Shown here: piece by piece, positions 11,457 through 24,005 of the stretch
Position numbering within the stretch: position 1 is the first letter of the stretch
Layout: each line of letters starts with the position of its first letter
From: Octopus vulgaris
Taxonomy: Eukaryota
Direction of reading: 5' to 3'
Assembly: GCA_951406725.2 (NCBI GenBank)
Contig: OX597829.1
Location: 12,338,001 to 12,402,000, forward strand
Length of the DNA: 64,000 bases
Notes under the pieces: model-generated
Databases searched by the model: none
What the model saw: only the letters and a program-made list of their open reading frames with translations
What the model was told of the DNA's origin: nothing
Made by a program: the position numbers and the translations under genes

Positions 11457-11963
11457 TAAACACTTTCAAACTTCGGACACTGGTAGAATGTGTAATATAA
11501 AACATCTTTAACTCTTTGCATTTTTGAGAAAAACTTGTATTTACGAAGTTATTTCACATTAAAGTGTTCGTATTTAGGTAATTTCAACCAATCAATGACG
11601 TGTATTCGACTGAATAAAATTACTGCTGTTATGTGTCAACAAGAACTTCCGGTGGTGTATATTTGGTTTGTCACTGTTATGACAACCCTAACCCTAACCC
11701 TAAAACCTTAAAAACAGTACAAACGCGCGAACGATGTCATAAATAACAGCGACAAATGAAATATACACCGCCGTTAGTTGTTGTTGACAAACAACAGCAG
11801 TAATTTTATTCAGCTGAATACACGTCATTGATTGGTTGAAATTACCGAATTACGAGAAATTTAAGGTGAAATATCATAAATATAAGTTTTTCTCAAAAAT
11901 GCTAAGAGTAAAATATGTTTTATATGACACATCCTACCAGTGTCCGAAGTTTGAATGTGTTTA
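11457..11963. mobile_element. Foldback/MITE-like element with ~230-bp imperfect inverted arms and central (CCCTAA)n
   Basis: TAAACACTTTCAAACTTCGGACACTGGTAG.. mirrored by ..CTACCAGTGTCCGAAGTTTGAATGTGTTTA; AACCCTAACCCTAACCCTAA at 11684-11703. Confidence 0.85.
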
Positions 11964-11979
11964 GTTACAAAAAATTATT

Positions 11980-12952
11980 TTGACGAAACTTCCAAAGGCA
12001 ACAGTTTATCGTGTGTATAAACAATTTAAAGAAGAGGGAAAGATTGATAGGAAAGAACACAAGACTCGAAGTGATTCCAAGTGCAATCCAAAGTTTTCCA
12101 CCGGATAGAAGCCAGCCCATCTACATCCATGACAACACTTGCAAAGATACGTAATGTGTCCCTTTCCACGGTGTCCAAAACTGTGAACAAGAACCTTGGC
12201 ATGACTAGCTATGTTCAACGACGTCGTAACTTCCTAACAGCCAAGGCCAAAGCATTCAGAACCGTGAGATGCCCAAAGCTTCTGTCATTCATCAAGCATC
12301 AAGATGCAGAAAAAACTCTTGTGCTTTTGAACGAGAAGAACGTTCACTGTGGATGCTGAAGTGAATCTCAGAAATTCTCGGGTGATTGCATACAACCCTT
12401 ATGACGTTCCCATTGTGTTTGAGTCTAAGAATCCTGCCTCTGTGATGGTATTTGGAGCATTAAATCTAGCTTGACGATCGGCACAAAGGATTATCTGGCA
12501 AAAGAGTATCTGGACATCCTGAAGACCTCTCTGTTATCTTGGATAGAACAGAAGTTTGGGCTTGACAATGTGGTGTTTATGCAGGATTCTGCACCATACC
12601 ACGGATCAAAATCCACACAGGTGTTCAGTAATAATCTAGATCTCAACCTTCTCGATTACATTTTATAGGGTGTACTTCAAGCAACGCTTCACCACAGTCG
12701 AGCGCCAAAAGTTCGAAGACCATCATGTGTAGAACACGCAAAATTAAAAAGGCAGAAGTTGCAGCAGCTGCAAAAAAATTTTGCTCTCGTGCGGAAGGAG
12801 TAATTTCCCAAAAAGGCGGTCATATTGAGTGATAAATCCTTTTGTTGTATAAATGTCACATTAAAATTATATGTCTACTACCATTATTTTAGTTTTTATA
12901 ACCAGTTTTATACATTTTAAAAATTGTCTCAATTTATCTACAAGACCCTATA
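11980..12952 (+). mobile_element. Tc1/mariner (maT-like) degenerate transposase with probable right end
   Basis: HTH-like (PKATVYRVYK; LAKIRNVSLSTVSKTV), PASVMVFGA, FMQDSAPYH, DLNLLDY, KGGHIE*; ends ..AAGACCCT(A)TA. Confidence 0.85.
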
Positions 12953-13639
12953 TATAGATAGCATAATAAGAGGATAAAAATCATTAAAATTAATGAATTT
13001 CATTAATGGCCAGCATAAAATACGTTTATACAAGTATATAATTGTATATGGTACAATTATACTTATGGGCACAAAGGTTGTTATGCTTATATACTGAAAG
13101 AGCACGCCGAATATGTCCTACCACTTCAAATATTCACTCCACAAATAATTACATAAGTTAAAAGCGGGAAAGCAGACTTGCTAAAAATTCATAAAATAAT
13201 TCAGTTAGTTTGGGATTAATCAATTTCTAGACAAGTTTAGTAACTTTTCCTTCGCCAGCAAAACACACTGGGCGAAATAAAATGAAAATATCTATATATA
13301 ACCCACCACCCTGAAAGTATACACAAAATGCAAGAACATATTTGAAGTGGTAGGACGCATTAGGCAAGTTCTTTCAGCATTTTGGCATAATAGCTTTTGT
13401 GCCCTTAAGTAAAATTGTACCCTATACAATTTTCTGTCTCTCTCAGATTCACAGACACATACAAACACACACATTTCTATTTGTGGATGCATCCACAGAT
13501 GGAAATAAACTCCAACTTCATTCAACTAAATGCTAAGATCGCCATGAGTCCAAATAAAATTAATAAAGCAAAAAAAGTAAGCCTATCTAAATCTAAACGC
13601 AATCAATACCATTTAAACATAGGCCAGGCCTACACAACC

Positions 13640-13688
<49 letters not shown>

Positions 13689-13689
13689 C

Positions 13690-15325
13690 AAAAAAGTGAA
13701 AAAACTACAGAAGGCTTGTGTTATATGGTTAAAGAATATATTTAAGTCGTTATGTTTGACAATACGTTTTACCATAAAAAATCCGGAATTGCTATGGGTA
13801 CTAGGGCAGCACCAGTCATTGCCAAACTAACAATGGGCTACCTGGAGGTACTAATATTCCAGGAATCTTTATCTACCTTTGGAAACCTTCTTTCCCTATA
13901 CATAAAAGAAAATTGGAAAAGATACCTTGACGACTGTTTTATACTCTGGAATGAAAACATAGATAAACTCATAAAATTCAAAAGCCTATTGAACAGCATC
14001 AACCCAAACATATAGTTCACAATGGAGTACAACCAAAAAGAGCTTTCATTCTTCGATATACTAATTAAAAAAATAAACCTAAACATAGAAACGGACATAT
14101 TTTACAAAACCACAGACGCCAAACAATATCTACTTTTTGATTCATGCCACCCAAGACACACTAAAACAAACATCCCTTTCAACATTGTAAGAAGGATATG
14201 CACAATAGTGTCAGAACACAATACCAGAAAATTTAGACTGCTAGAACTCAAAAATAACCTAATTGGTAGACACTACCCAGTTCAACTCATAGAGGAGGGA
14301 ATCATACGTGCAACACAAATCGACATAGAATACTAAAAGAAAGTTCAACACAGTAACACAACCTCCCTGAAAATACTGCAGTACATATCCACATACAGTT
14401 CCTGAAACAAAGAAGCCTTCACCATCATCACACAGAATTTACCAATATAACATAAGGACCCCAAATTAAAGGAAATTTTACGCATACATAAAATCATTAA
14501 AAGCTACAAACAACCGAAATCACTAAAAAAGATCCTCACAAAGGCAAAATTATTTTCTGAAATAACGGAAGCAAAAATAAAAAAAAATGTGAGCGCAACA
14601 TGCCCAAACCTTCTAGAAGGATTAGAATTCCTCTTCAAAGAGGAATAAGAATACAAAATCAAATCTAATTTTACTTGTGCTTCAGAAAACCTGATTTATG
14701 TCATAAGATGCTCGGGCCGCCACCAAAACTATATAGGGTCCACGCTCAGACGCAGATGCACTCTACATCGACAGCATATTGCATTCCCAGAATACAGAAT
14801 GATACCCTTTAGTGAACATATTGAGAAATGCGCAAAGCAACTATTGCCACAATTTATAATCTTTCCATTCTATCAAAGTGCTATTGGAACACCAACACAA
14901 GTTAGATTAAACAAGGAAACCTTCTTCATTGAAAAATTAAGCCAAAACTTAACTATTTCTAACATTTTAAAATAAGGAAACTCACCTCATTAAAAAAGAT
15001 ATAAAGCAAAACCTATTCTATTCCTTCTAAACTAAATCATGTTTAATTAGTCATTCCCAACCTGTTTGATTATCTCTCTTATAGCGGAAAAATACCTGAT
15101 TATCTTCCCCTGCTTGAAACTCCATATTTCACAACATAGCGAAGATATAACACGATGTAGGTAAAGAAATTTGAGAAATTTGAAAAGAAAATACAAAACC
15201 GGTTATTTCTCCAAAAACTATGTTTCTCTACGTAAAGATTTATAACATTTTTCTAACATAACGATTTAAATATATTCTTTAACCATATAACACAAGACTT
15301 CTGTAATTTTTTCACTCTTTTTTTA
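13690..15325 (+). mobile_element. Penelope-like retroelement, 5'-truncated (RT + GIY-YIG), with an inverted pLTR piece at the 5' junction
   Basis: GIAMGTRAAP, WKRYLDDCF, FFDI, TDIFYKTTD, SCHPRH, FTCASENLIYVIRCSG..NYIG; 13690-13757 is the reverse complement of ~15256-15324. Confidence 0.92.
15173..15211 (+). ncRNA. Degenerate minimal hammerhead in the PLE pLTR
   Basis: gagaaat-TTGAAAA-GAAAATAC-AAAA-CCGG-TT-atttctc; 7-bp stem I, G12 mutated. Confidence 0.6.
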
Positions 15326-15359
15326 TACGTCCAGCCACGTGATTTCACATACATATATA

Positions 15360-15444
15360 CAACGGGCTTCTTTCAGTTTCCGTCTACCAGATCCACTCAC
15401 AAGGCTTTGGACGGCCCAAGGCTATAGTAGAAGAGACTTGCCCA
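15360..15444 (-). mobile_element. tRNA-SINE body fragment (same family as 50896)
   Basis: Reverse complement of GGGCAAGT..CTACTATAGCC..CAAAGCCTTGTGAGTGGAT..GACGGAAACTGAAAGAAGCCCG. Confidence 0.75.
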
Positions 15445-15445
15445 T

Positions 15446-15693
15446 CATCCTTAAACAAACCTTTTGGGCAGAATGAGCTATTCAGCTTGAAGAAAATTCA
15501 AACTGGGACCCACCTGAAAGGTCATGCGCTGTTTATCTTCATAAGAGATCACCATGTCCCGCACATATGGTTGTGATGCATGTGGCTGGTGTACCCTTAT
15601 CCGACGGGTAGTCATGATGGGCATGCTGGGCTTCATGTATTTGTACCTCAGTGTCACTTTGATGGAATGCATTACTGTCTCTCTCTCTCATTC
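15446..15693 (+). mobile_element. ORF-less (TAA)n-targeting element, diverged 5'-truncated copy
   Basis: Homologous to the 3' half of 32896-33417; followed by (AAC)/(AAT)n. Confidence 0.85.
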
Positions 15694-15722
15694 AACAACA
15701 ACAACAACAACAATAATAATGC

Positions 15723-15810
<88 letters not shown>

Positions 15811-15820
15811 AAGAAGAAGA

Positions 15821-16637
15821 AAGCATGGTCAATTTCATAGGGATGTTGAAGTTAAGACAGAGAAAATGATGGCTGTGGTTGACTAAAACAGATTTAAAAG
15901 TGGAAACTGAAGTTCTAATCTATGCTGTTCAAGAGCAAGTACTAAGAACAAACTACATAAAATACAGAAGAGACAACACATCAGAAAGTGATAAGTGCAG
16001 AATCTGTGGACAAAAGATAGTGAAATCGTATGGCATATTACCAGCCAATGTACGTCACTAGCCCAGAAGAAATGTAAGAAACGCCACGACAGTATAGCCA
16101 GGCTTGTCCATTGGACACTTTGCAACAAGTATGGACTTGACAGAGCAAAACATTGGTACGACCATAAACCTGAAGGCATGGTTGAAAATAGAAATACAAA
16201 GATCCTATAAGATTTTATGATTCATTTGACAATGAAATAAGGAATAGGAAGCCGGGCATAGTCTTAATTGAGAAAAAAAGCAAACGAGGCTGGATCATAG
16301 ATATAGCATTTCCAGCTGACAACAAGGTATGCGATAAGGAAGAAAGCAAAGTCGAGAGACAGGTTAGCTTGGGAAGTTAGGCTGTTGTGGCCAATGAAAA
16401 GGTGGTAGTAGTACCAATAATTGTCAGAGCCCTGGGAACAGTGAGTAAAAATGCTGAGAAGTACATGGAACAAATAGGGGCTGCAATGAGGGTGGAGCAC
16501 TTGTAGAAAACAGCACTGCTTAGAACCGCTCGAATATTTTGGAAGGTGCTCGAAAAATAAGAGGTGTTACCTTAGTTCACTGGTAGTGAACAGCTGACAC
16601 TGTAGTACATCTCCAGCGTTAGAAGCTGTGCAAAGGC
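15821..16637 (+). mobile_element. R4/Dong family C, 5'-truncated, degenerate
   Basis: DLKVETE..AVQEQ, CRICG, RHDSIARLVHW, RVEHL*KTALL; ends GAAGCTGTGCAAAGGC(AAT)n. Confidence 0.9.
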
Positions 16638-16692
<55 letters not shown>

Positions 16693-16716
16693 TCAACAAC
16701 AACAACAATAATAATG

Positions 16717-16792
<76 letters not shown>

Positions 16793-16825
16793 TGATGATG
16801 ATGATGATAAAAAGTCAAAACAAAA

Positions 16826-18525
16826 GAACTTAGTCACGGTTGTCACTGCAGAGCCTGCGCAGACGGAAGAATTGAGAGTTGGGGGTGGAGAGTTTGTTGA
16901 GTGTAGGGTGGGAGGAAGAGAAATGTTAGAGAAATAGAGGAATATTCATATATCTTATAATTTAGAACAAACAGTAAAAGGTTGTCATTATAGTACTCGG
17001 AGTTTCATATGAGCGACGATATATACAGATGTATCAGATTGACGCTCGGGTAAGTGAAAATGTCTTTTACGGTTGGGGTCTACGCTCTTCAACAGAAAGG
17101 AATAAGTGAAAATAAACAGAGAGAATAAAAATAAAAAAAAACTTGGGGTAAAAAAACTAGCGTTGAAGCATGGCGATTGAATAGGAAAAGGTTGAAAGAA
17201 GGGGAGATAATAAAGTATCGGTGTTTCAAAACGAAGGTGCGCATTCGTGTATGTATGGGAGAACGTGTGTGTGTGTATGGATAGGAGCTAGTGACTTTGA
17301 CGTTTGTGGATATGTGCGTGTGTAAGTGTGCGCGTCTGTAACGTGTGGGTGTGTGGGTGCGCGGATGATGGTGTGTGGTGTGGGAAGTAGTCAGTGCTAG
17401 TGTATGTGGAGTGGTGTGGGTGGTGTGATGTGGCGTGGCGGTTTGATGTGGGTGAGTGTGTGTTATGGGGTGTGGGGACGTGGAGATGTGGTTTTGAGAT
17501 ATGGGTAAGGGTATGATGTGTGTGGGGTGCGTTGAGGTGGTATCAATGAAGTTAGGTGGGTAGGACTGAAGAGAAGTGTCAGATGAAGAGAGGAGAAAAG
17601 AGGTGGTAGGAGTGAAGAGAGGAAGTAGGTGCCAGAAGAATGAGAGGAGAGGAGTCAGATGAAGAGAGGGGAGGAGTTGATCCCATGTGGCGCAAAGGAA
17701 CGAAGAGAGAAGATTAATTCTTGTTCACGGCGAAGGCAGGAGTTCGGATAGCCCCTGTGCAAAGGCAATTCGAACACAGGCAGGTGTTGTAGGGAATTGC
17801 AGGTAGAGCGGAAATAGCGCGAGACCGCAGTGTCAATGCCGAGTCTGATATTTCGGAGGTGCTCCGCGAACTGGTCAGCCAAGTGGCGTCCCATTTGACC
17901 GACGTACACAGAAGAGCAGGAGATGCAGTAAATGATGTTGTTAGATGTACAGGTAAAAGAATCGGCGATATGATAGGGACGATGATGGGTGCCTGTGAAG
18001 ATGATGGTGTTGGAGAGGTAGGACAAGTGTGGCAGCGTGGGCGGGAGCAGGGGAACGAACCAGGCTGGTAGGTGGGGTTAGAGAAGAAACTGTGGACCTC
18101 AAGGTCACGCAGGTTGTGGGCTCGTTTGAAGGAGGGAAGGAGTAGGTTGGGGAAGGTGTACAAGGTGGAGGAGTTGGACAGGAGTCGCTGGAAGGCTCGG
18201 AGAATGGTGCGTTGGAGTTAGGTGGGTGAGGGCAAACGGGAACCGGGCAATGGCGAGGTTAGTGCGGGTACACAAAGTAAATGCACGGTCCACGGCACAT
18301 GTCCTGGCAAGGGCTGTGTGGATAGTGGTGAGGGGATATCCACGAAGGGTGAAGTAACGAGCCATAATTTGGAACTTAGTCACGGTTGTCACTGCAGAGC
18401 CTGCGCAGACGGAAGAATTGAGAGTAGGGGGTGGAGAGTTTGTTGAGTGTAGGGTGGGAGGAAGAGAAATTAAGGTTGGAGTGTGAGTCAGTGTTTGTAA
18501 TGGATGGAGTGGTGTATGATGATAG
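16826..18525 (-). mobile_element. Penelope-like element (RT thumb + GIY-YIG + pLTR) with a partial tandem duplication
   Basis: SSHP..STPYSQFFRLRRLCS; FTCTSNNIIYCISCS..YVGQMGR.LADQFAEH; REQELIFSL..PHGIN; 16826-16924 duplicates 18372-18470; degenerate hammerhead (CTGTTGA) at 17064-17099. Confidence 0.9.
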
Positions 18526-18540
18526 AAATATCAAGAAATA

Positions 18541-18765
18541 AGGCGGAGAGCTGGCAGAAACGTTAGCACGCCGGGCGAAATGCTTAGCAGTATTACGATC
18601 AGAGTTCAAATTACGCCGAGGTCGACTTTGCCTTTCATCCTTTCGGGGTCGATAAATTAAGTACCATTTACGTACTGGGGGCGATGTACTCGATTTAATT
18701 CCCTTTGTCTGTCCTTGTTTGTCCCCTCTATGTCTAGCCCCTTGTGGGCAATAAAGAAATAAGAA
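18541..18765 (+). mobile_element. tRNA-derived SINE with a Deu/Nin-type conserved domain
   Basis: GGCGGAGAGCTGGCAGAA head, GAGTTCAAAT B-box, GCCTTTCATCCTTTCGGGGTCGATAAA; other copies ~19428-19640(+), 25660-25879(-), 59070-59265(+), 59285-59490(+), 63160-63385(+). Confidence 0.85.
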
Positions 18766-18840
18766 ATATCGAGAAATGCGACGCAATGCGATGTCAATGT
18801 TATTTTCATTTTTGTGTAGTTTATACGACAATTTATTCAC

Positions 18841-18886
<46 letters not shown>

Positions 18887-19427
18887 CAACTATGTGTGTG
18901 TATGTGTGTGTGTGCTTGTGTTTTTTCTTTTTTTCTCATGGTAGCTACAGAACATTCACGTTTAAGTGGGGATAAATATTACCTCTCGGTATTAATGCGG
19001 TCTCTGTTGTTAATATATATACATATAAGTACGTAAATACGTAGAGCAAAAGTTGTATTTAAAGTGCAGAAATCTAATAACTTCATTAAAAGACTTAAGT
19101 AACGTGCATAAAAGACAAAAGAATAACATTGAAACAATACATCTGAGTTTAAACATACCAAGGCAAACCGAAGAATTGACTCGAAAAGCGGGTTGAGAAC
19201 GACCACTTTGAAGGCATAAAATCATGTAAAATTTAGAAAATGCTATGGCACATCCCACCTTGATCTTTGCAATTAAATTTATGTTACAAGGAACTGCGGT
19301 TGAGTAATGTGTGTCACTACAAAATCATAAAGGCTCGATATTGATGCACTCAACTGCTTCGTATGAAATTCTGTTTTTAGCATGTAAAGTATACTTCGTC
19401 GATCACACTGACTAATATTATCTGTCA

Positions 19428-19640
19428 AAGTGGTGAGCTGGCAGAATAGTTTGCGCGAAAGGCAAAGTGCTTAGTGACATTTCATCCGTCTTTACATTCC
19501 GAGTTCAAATTCCGCCGTGGTTGATCTTGCCCTCCATTTTTTCGGGGTTGATAAAATAAGTGCCTGTCGAGCACTGGGGTTGATGTAATCGACTGGGTCC
19601 CTCCCACAAAATTGCCGATCTTGTGCATAAATTTAAAATC
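19428..19640 (+). mobile_element. Deu/Nin-type tRNA-SINE, diverged
   Basis: Homologous to 18541-18765. Confidence 0.8.
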
Positions 19641-19974
19641 AGTAATAGTATTAGTAGACTTAGAATTGCTTTCTAACTGAATACGGAGACGTTACTGAAC
19701 CACTAAAAATTATGCAGCTACAATACTTCCTTAAGGCCCACAAAATTAATTTTAATGAACACTTTCCCATAACATATTATTATTTTGATATACTTGGGGA
19801 TGGTCATATTTTGCCAATTATACACACGCTCTATGTATTTGGTGTTCACTTTAGGTGTATTATTATTTTAGATGCTCTGTCTAAGTCACATCCTGTGACT
19901 TCTTCAACGACTCCCTATCTCACATTTTCGTTTAGCACCTTATAATCTAAATACACACACACATACACACACTC

Positions 19975-20045
<71 letters not shown>

Positions 20046-20067
20046 CACACATATATATCAATATATA

Positions 20068-21740
20068 TCTATATATAAAACTGAGAATGTGTGTCTGTCT
20101 GTCTGTCTGTGTATTTCCCTAAAACTTGAGAACTACACAACCAATTTCATTCAAATTTTACAAATGCCTTACTTAGGGTCCGGGGAATATCATCGGCTAA
20201 GAATGTTTTAACTTTTTGCCTAGGGCGAGCCCACAGCAATATCATATGTTCTCCAATATGATTCCCTAAAACTTGAGAACTACACACCAATTTTGTCCAT
20301 GTAGTTTCATGGGCAAAAAAAATGTTCAACTTCTTGCCTAGGGCGAGCCCATAGCAATATCATATGTTCTCCACTATTTCAGTATTACGTGTTAAAAGTG
20401 AAACAAAAACATTTCTCTATCTTATGTCGATACTTTCACTTTAACAATAAAAATTAGAGATAATAATAACAATTGAATTATATGTAATAAGTAATAATTA
20501 CAATCAAACTAAAGTATGATATAATAAGTAAATCGTAACATAACAATTAAAAGTAAAAATAGCAATTGGTATAAAACTGCATCAATGATTTGAACTTGAA
20601 TGGGAATAAATTAAAAATAAAATTAGTGTGCAGAAATGGAATAGTCCAGATGGAGCTGTGCACATATTCTTTACCACGGTTTTTACATTAGATTATCTGC
20701 TAATTAGCTAGCATTCAGTATCTGTATGAAGTTTGGCTGTATGTAATGTCTGTTTTCTCGAACAGCCGGTTCTACTGAGTACTGCTGTTGGTTTATTTCT
20801 TATACTTAAAGGACTATAGCTTCGACTGCGTACTGCTATTTGATTACCCGTAAGGTTTGTTGTTATTATTATTACTGTTTAACTATTGTTATCACGTTTG
20901 TTGGTTCCTCGTAAGGGAGACTTTGTAGTGTTGCATTTGTTAAATAATTGTAAGCTGTAACCCTCCCCCCTTGGGAGAAGGAGCTTTGGCTATTGTTTAA
21001 AAATTGAAATGTGTCCCTGTTTGGGGAAATCGACAATATTTTCACCGTTTATACGGAAGCATTTTTGTTAAAATGCCTTCGATAGAAGAAAGTCCAAAAA
21101 TTGATTTCGCTGCAGCCGTCATCGGACGCGAACTCATTAAAATTAAAATGGAAGAAATACAAACCTATTTCGGATTGATCATCGACAAAAACGGTGAATC
21201 TAGAATAACACCACCAAACGAAATAAAAAGTATACACCTGGATTTGAACACCTGGAGGAAAGCACCATTGAAAAGTGTCTTGGTGCGACTATAAAAGATA
21301 TCAAGTATCTAACCAGAGGCGGTAAATTCGCCACAATAGAAGCAAGGTTCGAGTCAACCGAGCGTGCAAGGGAGTACTCGACTCGAACTTTGCAAAGTGG
21401 AAATATTTTATTTTTACCTTTATATCTGGGATGTAGGATGTCCCGGATAAAAATTAAAAATGTCCCGCAGAAGTAGAGGTAGGCTGGATTGTAGCCACAC
21501 TTCTATACAAGAGGGAGGACAAGATACAATTGATTGAAATTGCAGGAGACGGGCCTACAATTCCAGTCTGTTATATATTTTGAGTATTGTTATCACAAGC
21601 GATATCAAGATATAACTTTGTATTTTGTATTTTATGTGTAGATGTATATATATAGATGTACATGTAATATGTACACATATATATACACATATATACATGC
21701 ACTAGTTCTATGATCCGGCAACGCCGGATCATAATGCTAG
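20068..21740 (+). mobile_element. Non-autonomous Helitron
   Basis: 5' A|TCTATATATAAAA; 3' hairpin TATGATCCGGC-AAC-GCCGGATCATA (21709-21733) then CTAG|T; internal duplication ~20117-20255/20262-20375. Confidence 0.8.
21073..21560 (+). pseudogene. Disrupted ORF inside the Helitron, resembling the N-terminal part of an L1/Tx1-type ORF1
   Basis: Frame continues past the stop: IKYLTRGGKFATIEARFESTERAREYS..LFLPLYLGCRMSRIKIKNVP; family assignment by eye only. Confidence 0.45.
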
Positions 21741-21789
21741 TATATATATATATATATACGCGAGAAAGAAGCAACAAGAATGGATAGGT

Positions 21790-21880
21790 TTTTAGTACAA
21801 TCGTTTCATACAAGGACAGGCTTTATTAAAAGTTGCAAAAATTACAGCATATAAACGTGTCCCGTACTCATCAGCTAAAA
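21790..21880 (-). ncRNA. Type-I hammerhead ribozyme, canonical core
   Basis: ttttag-CTGATGA-GTACGGGACA...TGTCCTTGTAT-GAAA-CGATTG-TA-ctaaaa. Confidence 0.9.
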
Positions 21881-22708
21881 TACATGTGAGTTCTCTAGAC
21901 ATCCTAGTGGTTGAGGCTATACTCATGAAGTAATGTAGATAATTAAGTAACATAAACAGATTTCCAAAGTTCATTAAAGTTCTTTAAAGATGATGTACAG
22001 TCTTATCACAGAATTTTAAAAAGTTTTAATAGCATCACAGAGAAGGTGACCTAATCCATAGTGCACATATGAATTTCCAGAGATATGAGGAGGGATTACA
22101 TACTCACAGACGACAAATTTATCCATTGTTAATCACAACGAGGTGGGTCTCAATTCCTGCTTATTAGCATTACAGAGAGGGTGAATTAATCCTTTGTATA
22201 GATGCACAATTTCCAATGGTGTAGATGTAAATTTCCAGAGAAATGAAGAGGAATTTCATATTCACAGGCGATAAATTTATCAATGGTTGAACACAATGAG
22301 GTAGGTATCAATTCTTGTTATATGATTAGGTATTTGCCACATTAATCACATTACTGCTATTTACAAGAGGCTGTAGCTATTTAACTTTTAAAGGCTGAAG
22401 GGCTTTCTAGATAGGCAAAGAACAGAAAAGGGAAGGGAAGAGAAGAAAAGAGAGAAAATAAAGGAGGAGGGAGCAAAAAAGGGGGGGGAGGGGGACTAAA
22501 AGAGAAGAGAAAAGGAAAAAGAGAATAAGAAGAAAAAGAAAAAGAGAAAAGAGAAAGAAATGGGGAAAGAAGGAAAAAAAGAAAAAGAAAAAAAGAGGGT
22601 TCTAGTTATACAGAAGAATTAGTAGACGGCAAGTCTGGTTTTAATTTACAGGCATCTAGGAACTAGAGGAGAATATTATTCTTTGACCAGTAAAACAGCT
22701 CACATGTA

Positions 22709-22799
22709 TTTTAGCTGATGAGTACGGGACACGTTTATATGCTGTAATTTTTGCAACTTTTAATAAAGCCTGTCCTTGTATGAAACGATTGTACTAAAA
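22709..22799 (+). ncRNA. Type-I hammerhead ribozyme, canonical core (inverted twin of 21790-21880)
   Basis: Same sequence on the + strand; GUA cleavage triplet at 22791-22793. Confidence 0.9.
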
Positions 22800-22945
22800 A
22801 CCTATCCATTCTTGTTGCTTCTTTCTCGCTTATAATCACCCCACATTACTGTATTGTTAAAACAGTATAGTTTTTTTTGGTGCATCTAAGTTAGGTACCA
22901 TATTCAAGTAAATTCATTTAAATTAACTTGAATCTTTATTGCTTT

Positions 22946-22992
<47 letters not shown>

Positions 22993-23235
22993 AATTTTTA
23001 AAGACTTAACCGGTTTCACATATTTCTCTAATTTCAAAAGTTGAGATAGAAAGATGTGGAGTTATGTCGCAACTGGTTTGCTTCTTGTTGGCGTTCAAAA
23101 GTTTTCAAAATTGTTAAATAAAAGAAACTTAAACCTATCCCGGTATATTCTCAAATTCCTTTCTCTAAATTTCTCCACGTGTGGAATAAGATATCTTTGT
23201 TTCTCTCTTTGTCTGTCTGTCTGTACCTCTCTATT

Positions 23236-23340
<105 letters not shown>

Positions 23341-23469
23341 TCACACGCACACACACACATACACACACACCTATATACAGCAAAAGTTTAGGGTTCAAAG
23401 GATAAGAAGTATTTCCTAGGGTTCCTCAAAAGTATTAGAGGTATTGCGTGAGTATACCTGGCTCTCCGC

Positions 23470-24005
23470 TGGTTTGAGTGTTCGAGTGCAACTGGCTGAG
23501 TATACTGGCTAAGTACACCGCACACAGTCGTACCCTTATCGTAGTTCAGTAGAAGATTCAGCGTGACACATAAAGCCAAAATAGTGACCTCTGAAAAAAA
23601 AGTACAACTCATTTTTGCCAGCTCAAGAACGTAATGGGCTGCCGGGTATCGAAATCACGACCATCCAATGGTGAGCTGAATACCCTGGCATTCAGTCGGT
23701 TACGACGACGTTGGTTCCAGTTGATATGATCAACGGAAGAGTCTGCTCGTGAAATTAATGTTCAATTGGTTGAGCTTTCCACAGACACGCAAAATTTTAA
23801 CATAGTTATCAGGAAGATTAAGCGTGACACAGACTGTGACAAAGCTAGCCCTTTGAAATACATGAACGACTCATTTTTGCCAGCCGAGTGGACTGGAGCA
23901 ACGGGAAATAAAGTGTTTTAATCAAGAACACAACGCGCGACTGGATATTGAAAATCACGTTCTTACGAACGTGAGCCGGGTACCCTAAAAGCCACGAGTC
24001 TTGCG
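23470..24005 (-). mobile_element. Two adjacent tRNA-derived SINE copies of a third family (CORE-like segment)
   Basis: Shared AGATT(C/-)AGCGTGACACA and ACTCATTTTTGCCAGC segments; tRNA-like heads at the right ends. Confidence 0.7.

Larger units (their letters stand above)
21760..22950. mobile_element. PLE-derived remnant with two identical inverted 131-bp hammerhead-bearing pLTR pieces, in (TA)n
   Basis: 21760-21890 is the reverse complement of 22699-22829. Confidence 0.8.

Noticed and set aside
11684-11703. Telomere or chromosome-fusion relic
   Set aside because: Only three hexamers, located inside a foldback element.
13093-13435. Diverged inverted repeat
   Set aside because: Probably another decayed PLE-type inversion; no ORF or intact ribozyme to support a call.
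23005-23105. Minus-strand GAAACCGGTT with an upstream hairpin
   Set aside because: No recognisable YUGANRA core.
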